DNA of 63,834 nucleotides, filler included, from Ministeria vibrans ATCC 50519 (GCA_943704425.1; 6 parts of 6 records of this genome joined end to end with filler, not necessarily neighbours in it), one strand, 5' to 3'. Counted from the first letter of the whole stretch, positions 49,501 to 62,242 are shown. Translations and numbers: made by a program. The notes: generated by a model not told the origin, from the letters alone.

Positions 49501-52398
49501 GCGCAATCTTCTCGGAGAGCGCACTGGCGGACGCGTCAAGTTTGGGCGCCGATGAAGCACTCAAGCGCTGCTCAAGCTGAGCGCGTTCCTTCTGCAACGC
49601 CTGCGTCGCCCGTAGCTGCTCTTGCATGCGCGAGTGGGCGGTTGAGCCAGAAAGTCGCATACGCTCGAGACGGCGACAGCCCTCACGGTGGGCGGCTCGA
49701 TGGCCATCACGTACTTCGCGCACACTGTGCAATTCGTCTTGCAAGTCGACCACACGTGCGTGTAGAGTGCGCTCCTGCGACACGAGTTCCTGCACACGTG
49801 CTTGCTCAGTCTCCATTTCGCGTTGTGTGTTGATCAGCTCGTCCTCAAGGAAGAGCTTTGAGCGCGTGACAAACCCAAGCCAGATCTCGGCGACTTGACG
49901 TTGTTCTGCCTCGTACTGACGCCGTGCTTCGGCTTCGCGTCGCTGCATTTCCAACTCGAGCAACCGTCGTCGTTGACGCTCCTCCTCCTGACGAGCCATT
50001 TCAATGCGTTCTAGTCGCTCGCGTTCGCGTTGCTGTCGCGCCTGCTCTGCCTCCTCAATCTGTCGCTGTTCAGCCTCTTGAGCCTCGCGACGACGACGCT
50101 CCAACTCTTCACGGCCCTGATCAAAGTTGGCGCGACGACGGTCCTCAAAGTCCATGGGACGCTGAGGTGGCAGTGGGGCAGCCATAGTAGGCGGAGCGGC
50201 GCTCATGCTGACGGACGAGCGATGGGCGATGGAGGTGGGAACGGCGACAGGCTGAACAATGGTTGGCTGAGGGACGGATGTGGAGGAAGAGGGAGCAAAA
50301 CCGGTCGTTTGGCGCTGTTGTTGTTGTTGTTGCTGCTGCTGCTGTTGTTGTTGAAGGTACATTTGTTGTTGGTATTGTTGGTATTGCAGTTGTTGTTGTT
50401 GTTGTTGTAGTTGTTGTTGTTGGGCAAACGAGGCGAGTGGCTGCGACATGGACTGACGGTGCTGCTGTTGTTGCTGGTCAAAGAGGGATGGCTGTTGGAG
50501 CTGCGAGAAGGCAGTGGACGTCGAGGCGCTCTGAGTTTGCTGTTGCATTTGTAGTTGTTCTTGACGTTTGCGTTCGCGCTCTGCTGCCTCAACCTGCTCT
50601 TGGTGTTGCCGCATGAGCTGGCGCTGTTCCTGCTCGAGTGCCATACGGGCGCGTCGAGGGAGGAGCTCGGGAGGAAGTTGGGAGGGCAAGGATCGGCCCT
50701 TGAGAGATTCCTGACAGAGATGCATGGCAATAGCAAACTCGTCGGAGGTGAGCCGGCCGTCACGGTCGACATCAGCAAGCTGCCAGATGTGCCCAAGGGT
50801 CTGGTAAGGGACGTGGGTGGCCATGAGAGCTGATTTGGCGGAGGTGCTGTCAAGGAAGCCAGAGCGAGCAGGGTCCATTTGGTTGAATCGAAGGTTGTAC
50901 TTGCGACGATCGCTCGCAGGGATTTCCCAGGGCCCAGTGGTGGGGAGAGGTGTGAAGGTGGGAGCGGTGACCCGAGGAGCAGTGGTGGTGGGGGGAGGGG
51001 GCGCAGATTGTGTTGGAGTGAGAGTGGAGGGGGTGATAGAGGAGGTCCAAGTAGACGTGGGAGCAAATGATGTGAGGGAGGAAGAATGAGAGGTGTTCAT
51101 ATTGAGTGCAGCGGGTTGTTGGAGCGTTGAGCTGTTTCGATGTTGTGCTGGAGGAGTGTTGTGGGCCGAGACGGACGGGGCGGGGGTGGGTGTCATGGTG
51201 CGATGTTGCGTTGGAAGTGTTGGGTGTTGTTGTGGTGTGATCTGAGCGGAAGTTGTTGTTGTGCTCTGCACTGAGGAACGTGGAGTGCTCTGAGCGGAGG
51301 TCGTGCTCTGAACTGAGGGACGCGGTGTGGTCTCAGCGGAGGTCGTGCTTTGCACCGAGGGACGCGGGGTCGTGCTTTGCACCGAGGGACGCGGTGTGGT
51401 CTGAGCGGAGGTTGTGCTTTGAATTGACGCACGAGGTGTGGCAATGGGACTCGACTGGGTCATTGGAGTGCCTGGTGTGCTTGTTGGCAAGGAGGAACGC
51501 CCGGCAGAAGCGCCGTTTGCTCCAGCGAGGAGGGTCGACGGTAAAGTGGTTGGCAAGGTTCGACCACGTTTCACCCCATTGACCATGTTCATGGCAGCTG
51601 CAAATTCGTCAGCATCGATCATGCCATCGCTGTCGCGATCCACCAGGCTCCTACACAAAGACTGATGAGTCAATCGCTGAAAGTGTCGCCAAAAAAAAGA
51701 AACAACGGTTACCAGATGGCGCCCAGTGTGGCGTCTGGAAGCTTGGAATGCATGAAAAAGGTCTTGGCCGACGATCCTACAACAGAAGAGAGAAATAAAG
51801 TTTGAGAGTTTAAGAGAGAGAGAGAGAGAGAAACAAAGTGGAAAGCAAAAGTTGACAAGACGATTGTTAGAGGATCGCTGATAGAAAGAGAGAGAGAGAG
51901 AGAGAAGAAAGGGAGCCCATAGAGGCGAACCAAGAGTGAGCTGTGTAGCATCAACAAAGAAGAATAGCGTGCAGAGGGACGGAAGGAGCGAGACGAGTGT
52001 GTCGAGGAGACGGCGGAAACGGTCATGAAGAAGAAGAGTGCTGTGGCGCCATAGACGGGTCTACGGCTCGAAGACGCCTTGGGAAGGAGCTTCAATCGTG
52101 GCATGGCATCGGGTAATGGGCATTTGTGGGCCATAGGACGCACAGGATGTGGCAGAGAGAGAGAGAGAGAGCAAAAAAAAGGAGAAAAAAAACAACAAAG
52201 GGTCGCTGGAGCAGTCCAGACAAGCGCGATGACGATCAGCAGAGTGATCCAAGGCAGAGCAATGGGTAAGGAAGCATGGGGCTGCAGGAGCGAGTGGGTT
52301 GTACCAGAGACTTTGCCGTCTGGAGACGGACTAAGAGTTTTGAACATTTTCTTGTGCCGCTCAAGCTCTGAGCTGGACATGGACCATGACGAAGCCAT
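46514..52398 (-). CDS. ITSN: Intersectin, long form (EH-EH-coiled coil-5xSH3-DH); 3' truncated
   Basis: Two EH domains (IW|SLVDRDSDG..DEF; IWQLADVDRDGRLTSDEF); FEDRRRANFDQGREELERRR; five SH3 domains; DH domain (ELIRTEKSYV, LLKPMQRITKYPLLL). Confidence 0.92.
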
Positions 52399-52582
52399 CG
52401 TCGTCGAGTGAGGTATGGGGATATCTCGGGTCGACAAGTCACACGACCGCAAAGGCACACGAGAATGAAACAAGCCAAAAAAAAAGTGATCAAAATAATT
52501 TCATTTTTGATTTTTCAAATTGGTTTCAGACTTTCAGACTTTCAGTTTTTTAAGAGAGAGCTTTATTTTCTTTTCTCTTCAA

Positions 52583-53515
52583 ATGCCCACCTACCGCAAG
52601 TACTTTGAGGACACCTACCGATTTGAAGACACTGCGCAGGTGGTGTCGTCGACAATCAACGACGAGGCGCAAGTCGATGTGATTGTTGACGAGACAATCT
52701 TCCACCCGCAAGGAGGTACGTGGGCGCCCTTGGCTGCTCCTTGACCGACCATACCCCCCTTCCTTTTCCCGGTTCTCCAGGCGGCCAGCCGAGCGATGTG
52801 GGCGTGATGAGAAACAGTCAGGGCGAAACACTCCTGACGATTGCGTCGCTGTCAGTGGACGCCAACGGCGATGTGGTGCACCGCGGGACGCTGGCCGAGG
52901 GCGTTGCCATAGAGCAGCTGGCTGCGGGCACAGCGGTGACCATGGTGGTGGACGAGGCGGCTCGACGCGCTCACGCTCGTCTCCACAGTGCCGGTACACA
53001 GTGTGTAACCCTAACCCTAACCCTAACCCTAACCCAGTCTGATGATTGTGTCGTTTTGCATCACTCATTAGGCCATTTGCTTGATGCTGCGATGCGAGAC
53101 ATTGGGCGAACAGACCTTCAACCTTCGAAGGGAAATCACTTTCCCGACAACCCTGCTGTGGAGTATGAGGGTGTAGTTGACGCGGCCGATCGCGAGCCAC
53201 TCGTCGCGCAGCTCAACGATCAGATTAGCGTTCTCCTTGAGCGTGGTGGACCCGTGCAGGTTTCGTACGAAGACGACGAAGGCAATGCTTGTGATAGTAG
53301 AGCGGCGAAAGGTCCGAGGGATCATCTCACACTAACCCTAACCCGCTACCGCCATTGTTTGTTCTGTAGCCATTCGCGTGCTTAACATTGGGGGTGTCTC
53401 GTGTCCATGCGGCGGCACTCATGTCCCCAACCTGGAAGACTTGAGGCCCGGCATTGTCGTTACCAAAGTGAAAAAGAAGGGTTCAGGTGTGAGAGTGTCT
53501 TACAAAATGAAATGA
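52583..53515 (+). CDS. Free-standing AlaX tRNA-editing deacylase (4 exons)
   Basis: DETIFHPQGG|GQPSD; HSA|GH Zn motif; CPCGGTH. Confidence 0.88.
53006..53035 (+). repeat. Interstitial telomeric-type (CCCTAA)n repeat within AlaX intron 2
   Basis: TAACCC repeated five times; a shorter copy lies near 53332-53344. Confidence 0.85.
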
Positions 53516-53601
53516 ATAATGATCTTCCTTGTTAATTAAGTGATTCAAGTCTTAACTTTTTTTTTTGCCCTGTTTTCTGTCTGTTTGAAACCTCCATTGC
53601 T

Positions 53602-53796
53602 ATGACGGAACGAGGCCTGACAAACGGGCGCGGGGAGAACAACTGTTTTCTCAATTCGGTGACTCAGGCACTGTACCACGTCAAGGCCTTCCGGCGCGAG
53701 TTTGACCGTGACCCTGACCATACCTGCGCCAATCAAGACCCCTCCACTCCCGCAAACTGCGTCTTTTGCGCTCTTAAGGTGTGAACTCAAGAAGAG

Positions 53797-53838
<42 letters not shown>

Positions 53839-54873
53839 GCCATTGAAGTTCTCGTTTGTCAGATTCTCTTTACGCAAATGGACCACAGTGCGGAGTCAGC
53901 GGTGTCGCCCGAGGTGCTTCGTTCGGCACTAGCCTCGCTGTACGAGCCATCGCATCGCTTCCAACTCAACGAAATGAGCGACGCGGCGGAATGTTTTGAC
54001 GCCGTCCTGCGCTGTCTTCATCGCGAACTTGGACGCGTCTCAGACGACGACCGGCCGTGCGCGCCGACCTGCACTGCCCACACAGTCTTTGGATTTACCA
54101 TGGTCGACCAGATCACCTGTGCTGCGTGCAAGGCGACCTCAGAGCCCGTCATTTTCCAACAGTATGCGCAGTATCTCTCGGCGACTCTTCTGCGGTATGG
54201 ACGATGAGGCGTATTAATTTGTTTGCTTGTTTGCTTTTCTTTGTGTGTTTGTCACTCATCTCCCTCTTCCCACCCTTCTTATAGTGAGGGACACAAGAAG
54301 AACGAATCAATGCGTACCGTATGGCAACGGTCGCTCGCTGACTCAGGCTTCTCCTGCCCATCCTCGTGCGCGTCAGCCGCATCGAAATTGGGCACAAGTC
54401 GTCGCTCGCTCATCAGCGCACCAAAGGTCCATCACACAACATTACAAGCATTGTTATGATCATCATTGTCTTACTCTCCCTCTTTCACTTTGTCTCTCTC
54501 TATTCCTTTGTTTCTCTCTCTCTCTCTATTCTTTCGTTTTTTAACCATTATCTTTCTCACTCTCTCTCTCACACACCCTCTCACTGCCCCGTCAGGTGTT
54601 CACTTTGGGACTCATCTGGGAGAGCAACCAGAGCTCCGTCACTGACATTGTGGGCACACTTGAGGCCATTGAGCCGTGTCTGGACGTCAAGAGCATTTTC
54701 AGTGATGAACCTCCTTCCTCTTCCTCTTATTCCTCCTCTGACATGTACAGTGTGGAGGTGGTCGTCTGCTACTATGGTTTGCACTACGTTGCCTTCTTCT
54801 ACAGCCACGCAAAACGCCGTTGGGTCCTTGTCGACGACGCAATGGTCGTTCCTGTAAGCGAAAAAAGAAAGAC

Positions 54874-54918
<45 letters not shown>

Positions 54919-56050
54919 AAGGAGGGAGAGAGAAACAAAGTGATACTGAAAAAAAGAAGGAAAAGAAAGAGAGAGAGAGAGAGGGAGAAAGATACAAAAT
55001 GATAGAGAGAAACAAAGCAATGGAGAGAAGGAACAAAAAAAGAACAACGTGATTAAGAGAGTTGTGTGTGTGTGACAGAGACAGATAATGTATGTTTCTA
55101 TGTGTTGTGTTTGTGCACTGACAACGACTCAAAATCAAGATCAGAGCACTTTTTTTACTCAACAAATCATCTTATTCCTTCTCTTTTCTCTTCAGCCCAA
55201 TATTCTTAACAAATTGAAACACACACAATCACACACCACTTTCTTTTACTTATACGCTGGTTTTGTTCTACAGTGTAATCGAACGTGGCTGGGACTACTG
55301 AAAGAGCTCGCAAAAGCGCACTACCAGCCCCTCCTGCTCATGTACAGTGTTGGCAAACACGACGGTGCCGACGCAAACGCCCCCATTGCCTATTCTTCTT
55401 CTTCGCGTCGTCGTTATGCTGCTCCCCAGGACACGTATGGTTCCTCTTCATCTTCCTCTTCTGGGTGGGGTATGTCTCGCCTCGGTTCAATAGTCTCCTC
55501 TGCGCGATCATCGTCTCAGCCACTGACAAGCACTGTGTATCCGGTTGTGAGTGGCAGTGACCGTCAGCACATTACCGACACGTACACATCGAGTGCATCC
55601 ACACACCACGACGACGACCGCAGCAACAGTCGCTCGTCGCAGCGTCCTCTTTTCCCCACCATGGACACTCCACTCTACTGCAGCGAAGACGAAGACGAAG
55701 ACGAAGATGAGCAAGACGAAAGGCAATCAGTCACCGTCACCGCCACATCCTCGATCCGTCCTGTCCCGTACCGCTCTGTTCTGAGCATGTCTGAACGGCC
55801 ACCACCATCATCAGCATCATCATCGACGTCATTGATCCACTCGCGCAACACAATGAAACTGAGCCAACTCCTCTCGCACAACCGTCAATCTATGCCATCT
55901 CTTCCCTCTCCCGCTTCTTCCTCCTCCCCGTCTGACTCTCTCCGTCGTGGTGGCTGCCCTCACAGCTCCCACGCCGCCTGTGCTGTCTGCTGGGCGAACA
56001 CTCTAAATAAATCTTCTCGCTCTCCTCTCCGCTCAGCGTATCATCTGTAA
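53602..56050 (+). CDS. USP53/USP54-family deubiquitinase, multi-exon
   Basis: GLTNGRGENNCFLNS; CVFCALK; RFQLNEMSDAAECF; CYYGLHYVAF..WVLVDDA; HYQPLLLMY; Ser-rich tail. Confidence 0.88.
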
Positions 56051-56177
56051 AAGTAAAAAAAAAGCATTCTGTCACACATACACAAATGACCAATTAATGC
56101 TGTCATTCGATATTAAAGGAAGAAAGTGCTAGGGAGTCGGAGAAAAACATGAGAGAGAATGACGACGACGAAACCAT

Positions 56178-56265
<88 letters not shown>

Positions 56266-56365
56266 NNNNNNNNNNNNNNNNNNNNNNNNNNNNNNNNNNN
56301 NNNNNNNNNTTAATTAATTAANNNNNNNNNNNNNNNNNNNNNNNNNNNNNNNNNNNNNNNNNNNN
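56266..56365. other. Artificial contig spacer
   Basis: 44 N + TTAATTAATTAA + 44 N. Confidence 0.97.
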
Positions 56366-56552
56366 GCGGGGATGGACAGGGAGGGGGCGGGGAAGGGGCA
56401 GGCAGGGTTGGGGAGGGAGGAGAGGGGAGGCGGGGTGGCGTGGAGGGAGAGGGACGAGGAGGGACGGCGTGAGTGGGGGTTTGGGCAAGGTCATCCCGTG
56501 GGGGCGAACGCGTTGCCGGCCAGCGCACCTTGAAGTTAGGGGGCGTCGACAT
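56366..56552 (-). CDS. Possible Pro-rich N-terminus of a gene truncated by the contig end
   Basis: ATG-initiated Pro/Ser-rich ORF running into the N-run, head-to-head with RPA12; no recognisable homology. Confidence 0.3.
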
Positions 56553-56736
56553 GGTGTGTATTTTAGGTTTGGTAGAGGGGTTGTATATAAAAGTAATTTT
56601 TATTTAACATTTTCCCTTTTTTTTTACTTTTTCTGATCAGTTTTGGAGTCATAGATTTAACTTTTTTGTACTGCTTTCTACTACCTTGACCTTTCTGTCA
56701 CCAACTTGGTCTTCTCTTTGCGCTTGACACTGCACG

Positions 56737-57418
56737 ATGACTTCAGGTAGCACAGAGTGTGTTGCACAGAGTGCCATACGATTGTTGCAAGGGGACATGC
56801 TTCATCTCACGTCGTATCGAGTAGAGCACGCTGTATCGCTTGCCGCGCAGTTCTGCTCGGCATGCGGGGCCTTGAGCATAAACCCAGGGACATGCCACGA
56901 GTGTGGCACCACGAGAAACCCCGACAGTACGGCCGTTTAAGGGGTTTCTGTCGCATCTGCTGATCCGCCGTGCTTTGTAGCGCTCACGCAGACACCCATC
57001 ACGTCACACAGCCACCCGTTTGCCTTCCAGAAGAGGAAATACGAGACGAGCGTGCAAGGAATGGATTCGAGTGGACAAGTGGTAATGAGTTGACTTGTGT
57101 TATGTCATGTCGAGAGAGAGAGTCTCTCTCTTCATGTCCGTTCCTTCATCAGTCCCTCACTACACTTAAATCCTCTCCCGAACCGACACGAAATGCAGAC
57201 ATTGAAGCACGCATTGTCTGGATATTAGGCTCCGTTTTGAGTGTGCAGTTCGTATGATTATACTAACTTGTGTTCATTCTTAGATTCAAGAAGAATGCCC
57301 TTCTTGCGGAAACCCTGAGATGATGTATACAACGGCACAGCTTCGAAGTGCCGACGAAGGTCAGACCATCTTTTACACTTGTCCCAAGTGTCGTCACAAA
57401 TTGACGCTCAATTCATAA
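56737..57418 (+). CDS. POLR1H: RNA polymerase I subunit RPA12 (4 exons)
   Basis: FCSACGAL..CHECG Zn ribbon; CPSCG...QLRSADEGQTIFYTCPKC. Confidence 0.9.
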
Positions 57419-57734
57419 ATCTGTAATAAAAATAATATGAATTTTATTGTACTAATACTAATTGGACGATAGTTCAGTCTTTGAGAGTGACTGTCTTTCA
57501 ATCCTTTCAGGCGTAAATCAGACTGCACGTGAGTGCACACTGACAAATACAAATTGTTTTTCTGCAGTCTTGACAGTGAATTAACACTCTACTTCCAATT
57601 CCCAGGTTCCAAATCAAATTATTTTTATTCAATTCACATTTCAATTTTCACAGTTCACACACACAAATTTCTTTTAATTTTTCAATCTCCACACGGTCGG
57701 TACTTGTTGAAACGACATATATTGGCTGATCGAG

Positions 57735-58828
57735 ATGGACGCGGGGCTCAGCTTCAAATATATCTTAGTGGGTACTCAAAATTGAGCTTTTCTCTTGACG
57801 CCCAGCGCCGAGCCCAACCTCTAACTTTTTTTGTTCCCAAGGCGATGCTGGAGTCGGAAAATCATGCCTGCAGCATCAGTTTGTGAAAAGAGAATGTATC
57901 TGGGCGCGTGTGGGCGACGACTGTTTTGACTCACCTCCTTCTCGTTAGTTGCGCCCGACCTGCAGCCGACGCTGGCTGCCGATGTGCACAGAATGGATCT
58001 TCACATGTCGGGACAGCGGGTACGGCTTGAAATCTGGGATACGGTGGGGCAGGAGACGTACAGGGCTCTCACCAAGAAGTACTATCGCGACGCAGTCGGT
58101 AACTCACACTCACTCATCGCTGAAGGGACCAGTCGAGTCGATCTCTCACACGAACTCCTTTCCCGTCTCACCGCAGTGGTGTTTCTCGTCTACGACACGA
58201 CACAACGGTCTTCATTCAATCACATATCATCGTGGCTCGTGGATGCGCGCAGTCTCGCACACGAAAAGGTCGTCGAGAACTCAAAAATTCTACAAAATTG
58301 ATTGATAATAATTATTATTTTATTTCTTATCGATTATATTGATTGTTTCAGGCCATCATCGGGCTGGTTGGGAATAAGAGCGATATGGAAAGACAGCGAG
58401 ACGTTACGTTTGAAGAAGCATCACTCTTCGCGGAGGAGAACCAACTGCCCTTCTTGGAGACGAGTGCCAAGACGGGCGAGCAGGTGCAGGAGCTCTTCAT
58501 GAATGCCGCCAAGTCGGTCTTTGCTGCTGTCAAAAATGGAAGGTAGAGTGCACAAGTATGTGTGTGTGAATTGATCTACTAAGGCTCTTATATTACTTTT
58601 GCCTTGTAGCATCCGCCTGAGTTCGCCACAAAGACAATCAGGTAAGAGAATGCCACCTATCAACGTGACTTCTAATCACTATTATTTTGGTCTTTCAGGT
58701 GCAACTGCTCAAAGAGGGGCACACACAAGTGGTGGGGGAAATAGCAGTGGTGGCTATGGGGGAGGAGGAGAGACCATTCATGTGGGGGCGGGAATGGACG
58801 CTGCTCCCGACACAAAAGGCTGTCCATG

Positions 58829-58832
<4 letters not shown>
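57735..58832 (+). CDS. Rab GTPase, divergent Rab14-like (Rab2/4/14 group), multi-exon
   Basis: FKYILV|[10 protein letters not shown]; WDTVGQE; [11 protein letters not shown]; GNKSD; ETSAK; C-terminal CPC prenylation motif. Confidence 0.85.
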
Positions 58833-58882
<50 letters not shown>

Positions 58883-59057
58883 GCCTCAAAATTTGTATCA
58901 TATTAACTTCTGGAAATAACTTTTCTTTCTCTCTGGTTTTGGTTTAATTGAGGTATTATCTACTCTTCTCTCTCCCTCCCTCCCCATATCTCTTTGCTTG
59001 TTATTGGCGTGTTCGGGGGGAGAAAGAGGGCAAGAGCGCTACTGCCCCACCACCTTC

Positions 59058-61071
59058 TCAATCATCATTGTCGTCATCATCATCGTCGTCGTCGTATTGT
59101 GCGGTGAAAGGTACACGACGGAGAGGGGTGCTGAGGGATGGAGTGGGAAGGAGACGGACGGGGGTACGACACACTCTGGCGGCAGCGGTGGTGGGAGTAG
59201 AGGGAAGCGAAACGTGTGTGTTGCTCAGAAGAGTGCTGATCGCTTGCACGGGACTCTCTGGCGGTACAACTTCTGATGATGATTGGTGGAAGGCAGATCG
59301 GATGGGGTGGTGGCGGTGAGGGGTGGTGGGGTGCACGGGAGAATCGAGGGCAGCGGCAATGACAGCCGCCGGGACCACGTCGGTACCACGTAGCGCCTCG
59401 TTTGGGGCATAGTCGTAGTCGGCAGCGCCCAGGGCAGTTGCCGCCGTGCGCAGAGTCGTCTCAATCGAGGCATTGCGCGTAGAGCGACGCACTGGAGTCG
59501 CAATGGTGGTGGAGGGAAGGTCGTTGACGCGTCGCGCTGTCTTACGTGTGCGCACCGGCGAGAGTACTGTGACCGACGATGGAATGCCCTCCGAGGGACA
59601 ACTGCTGTGCAGTGCATGTGCTCCACCGGCTGCCGACGGACCCGCAAAGATCTTCACATCGCCACTACTACTACCACCGGCGCTCGCACTTTCTGCATTG
59701 GCGGCCTTCATGCGTGCCTTAGTTTCCTGCAGACGCTTCTTGCGCGCCGCCTCGCGTGCCACAGCCGCCGCGGTCGCTGTAGCAGACTTGGCACCCGCCG
59801 CACTGCCCTTCTTCTTTGCAGCCTTGGCCGACGACCCTCCCGCCCGTGCACCCACCGCCACGCGCTTTGGCTTGATCTCCTCACTCTGGGGCTCCTGCCA
59901 CGCATTGCTCTTGATTTCTTCGAGCATGGCAAAGCGTCCATACACATCGGACACCTGGAACATGATGACCTCCCAGAAGCCCGCCAGGTCGTTCGCCTTA
60001 GCCTTGAGCGTTGCCTGCTTCTCCTTGCTCAAGTCGCACAACTCACCGTACTGCTTGAACCGCTTGCGCACCAGCAACTGAGCCTGCCCAATCGCCGATC
60101 GGATGTGACCACAGGCGCTGTCAGGCACGTTGTTGTCGTCGTCGTCGTCGTCTGTCGCATTATCCTCGCCCTGTTCCCTCCCCTCCTTCTTCTCCTCGGC
60201 CTGCGCCAGCACCGCCTCCCATTTGCCGCTTAGCTCTAGCAACTTGGACTTTTCCGTCTCCATCGTCGCACGCCAGTGGTTCGAGTCCTTTTCCGTGTCG
60301 CTGGCGTCGCTCTCGTTGGCCTCGTCCGTTTCGCTATTCTTGCGCGACGCCAGTCGAGTCGCTGGCTCACTGGCCGTGCCCACAATCGATGTGGCGGCAA
60401 TGGCCGTCACAAGCTCGTCCACATCAATCTTGAGTGGATCCCCGCTCGTTGCTTTGCTCTTCCTCTTGGTCGTTGTCGTTGTCGACGATGACGATGATGT
60501 TGTTGTCGTCGTCGTGCTAGAGGCCGACGTTGCTGCGCTCTCGCTCGTTCTGTCCGCCTCTGATTTGCCCTTGTTTTCCTCCTCCTCCTTCTCCTGCCCC
60601 TCTTGCTTCTGCTTGGCTTCGTCGCCTCCCGATCCGGCCGCAGCAGTGCGTCTGCTCGACCTCGTCGCTGGCACACTGCTTGGTGTCTTTGTCTTGGCCG
60701 GTCTCGTCTTGGCATTGGGCGGCGAATTGCCGTCGCTCGGCGCTCTTGACTGTGCCGTCGGTGTCTGTTCGTGCGTTTTGAGTTGTTTCTCGCGCTTGGC
60801 GCGTGTCGAGCGTGTCGACTCAGCTGTCGAAGCACAACTTGGCGTTTTGGCGGACCGTGTCGCTCTCCTTGCGACAACTACGGGCCCTCCAGCCTCTTCT
60901 GCTGTCGCAAGTGCCGGAGAATTTTCCTTGGTGCGAGACCTCAGTTGTCGAGTCGCCTACCAAAGTGTCAATTGAATGTGGTTGAGCGCGAAACCTTTTT
61001 TTTTCCTTCTTCGTCTTTTTTTTTTTTTTCAAAAGTTCCCTTTTCGGCATTTTATCAGCATAACGTACCAT
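59058..61071 (-). CDS. GKAP-domain protein (DLGAP5/HURP-like); first coding exon is only ATG
   Basis: GKAP core IRSAIGQAQLLVRKRFKQYGELC...DLAGFWEVIMFQVSDV..F..L; ATG|GTACGT...TTGGTAG|GCG intron; KEN box near the N-terminus. Confidence 0.82.
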
Positions 61072-62103
61072 TGCACTCACTGGTAGATGTACTGTTAAAG
61101 AATTAGAAGTATTGCTAGTGGTCGCGTGACGAGCTACGCAAAGAAGAAAAAGATAGAGAGAGAGAGAGAGAAGTTAGTTTGACAAGTGAATTTTTGAACA
61201 GCTTTTGTCTCCTGGCGAGTCACATTGTAGACAAACACGAACATTGACGGCGCGAACCACATTTGATGCACATACACCAGTCAATGAAGCGTGCCGACAC
61301 GTGAAATTCACACGTACGGCGAAAGGTGTTGGTTTATTGTTTGCCATAACGACACAAAAAAAAATATACAGGACACAACAAAAAACGACGATAGACTGTA
61401 GAGCAAAGTGGCACCGTACCTCTCACAGATGAAAAAAAAAAAGGATGATCAAAGAAAGAGGTTGAAAAAATGAATAAAGAAAAATTGGGTCGAATTGGAA
61501 TTGTTTGTCTCTTTCGCTCTCGTCTCGACACTCAGTCCCTCACGGACCACGGCCTTCACTGTTTTTTGGTGCCTCTTTGCGATCTGAAAAAAGTGAAAAA
61601 AATGCGACGGGAGCACGTCAGCCTTTGCTGTGCTCATCTTTGAAATTTGAGGGTGAGACTGACATACCCTCCTCCCCTCCTCATGGCCCCGTCCGCAGTC
61701 AAGATGCGCTCTGCAGCAACCCACCCAAGGTCACACTAGCTGACACTGCGATGGGTCATGGGAGACGTCGGAGATGCCTCAGCGCTGTTCAGACAACTGG
61801 CTGAGACCAACGTACGTCAGCTTGTCCAGCACGAGACGGCACGGGGACCCTCCCGCAAGTGCAAAGTCATTCGAAGGAGATCTATTAAGCACCACGATAT
61901 TCTTGAGGGCTACTTGCAGGTTGCAATGAAATACACACAAGGCGGTGCGGATGATCAAAAGGAGTCCAAGGGGCACTCGGTGAGACGCAGCAGAATGAGC
62001 GGATGTGACGCGCGAGTATGTCTGAGGAAATATCACATCACTGAGTGACAAATTAAAGTCAGAATAAAGTCAGAAGCACACAAAAATGAAGGAATGGAAC
62101 GCA

Positions 62104-62201
62104 TAATAATAACAATAATAATAATAATAACAACAACAATAATAATAATAATAACAATAATAATAATAATAATAATAATACGAATAATAATACTACTACT
62201 G

Positions 62202-62242
<41 letters not shown>

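Noticed and set aside
56366-56480. G-quadruplex-forming tract
   Set aside because: Explained by antisense Pro codons or low complexity at a contig end; no independent support.
61505-62051. 90-99 aa ORFs upstream of the GKAP gene
   Set aside because: No recognisable motifs; cannot be supported as genes from sequence alone.
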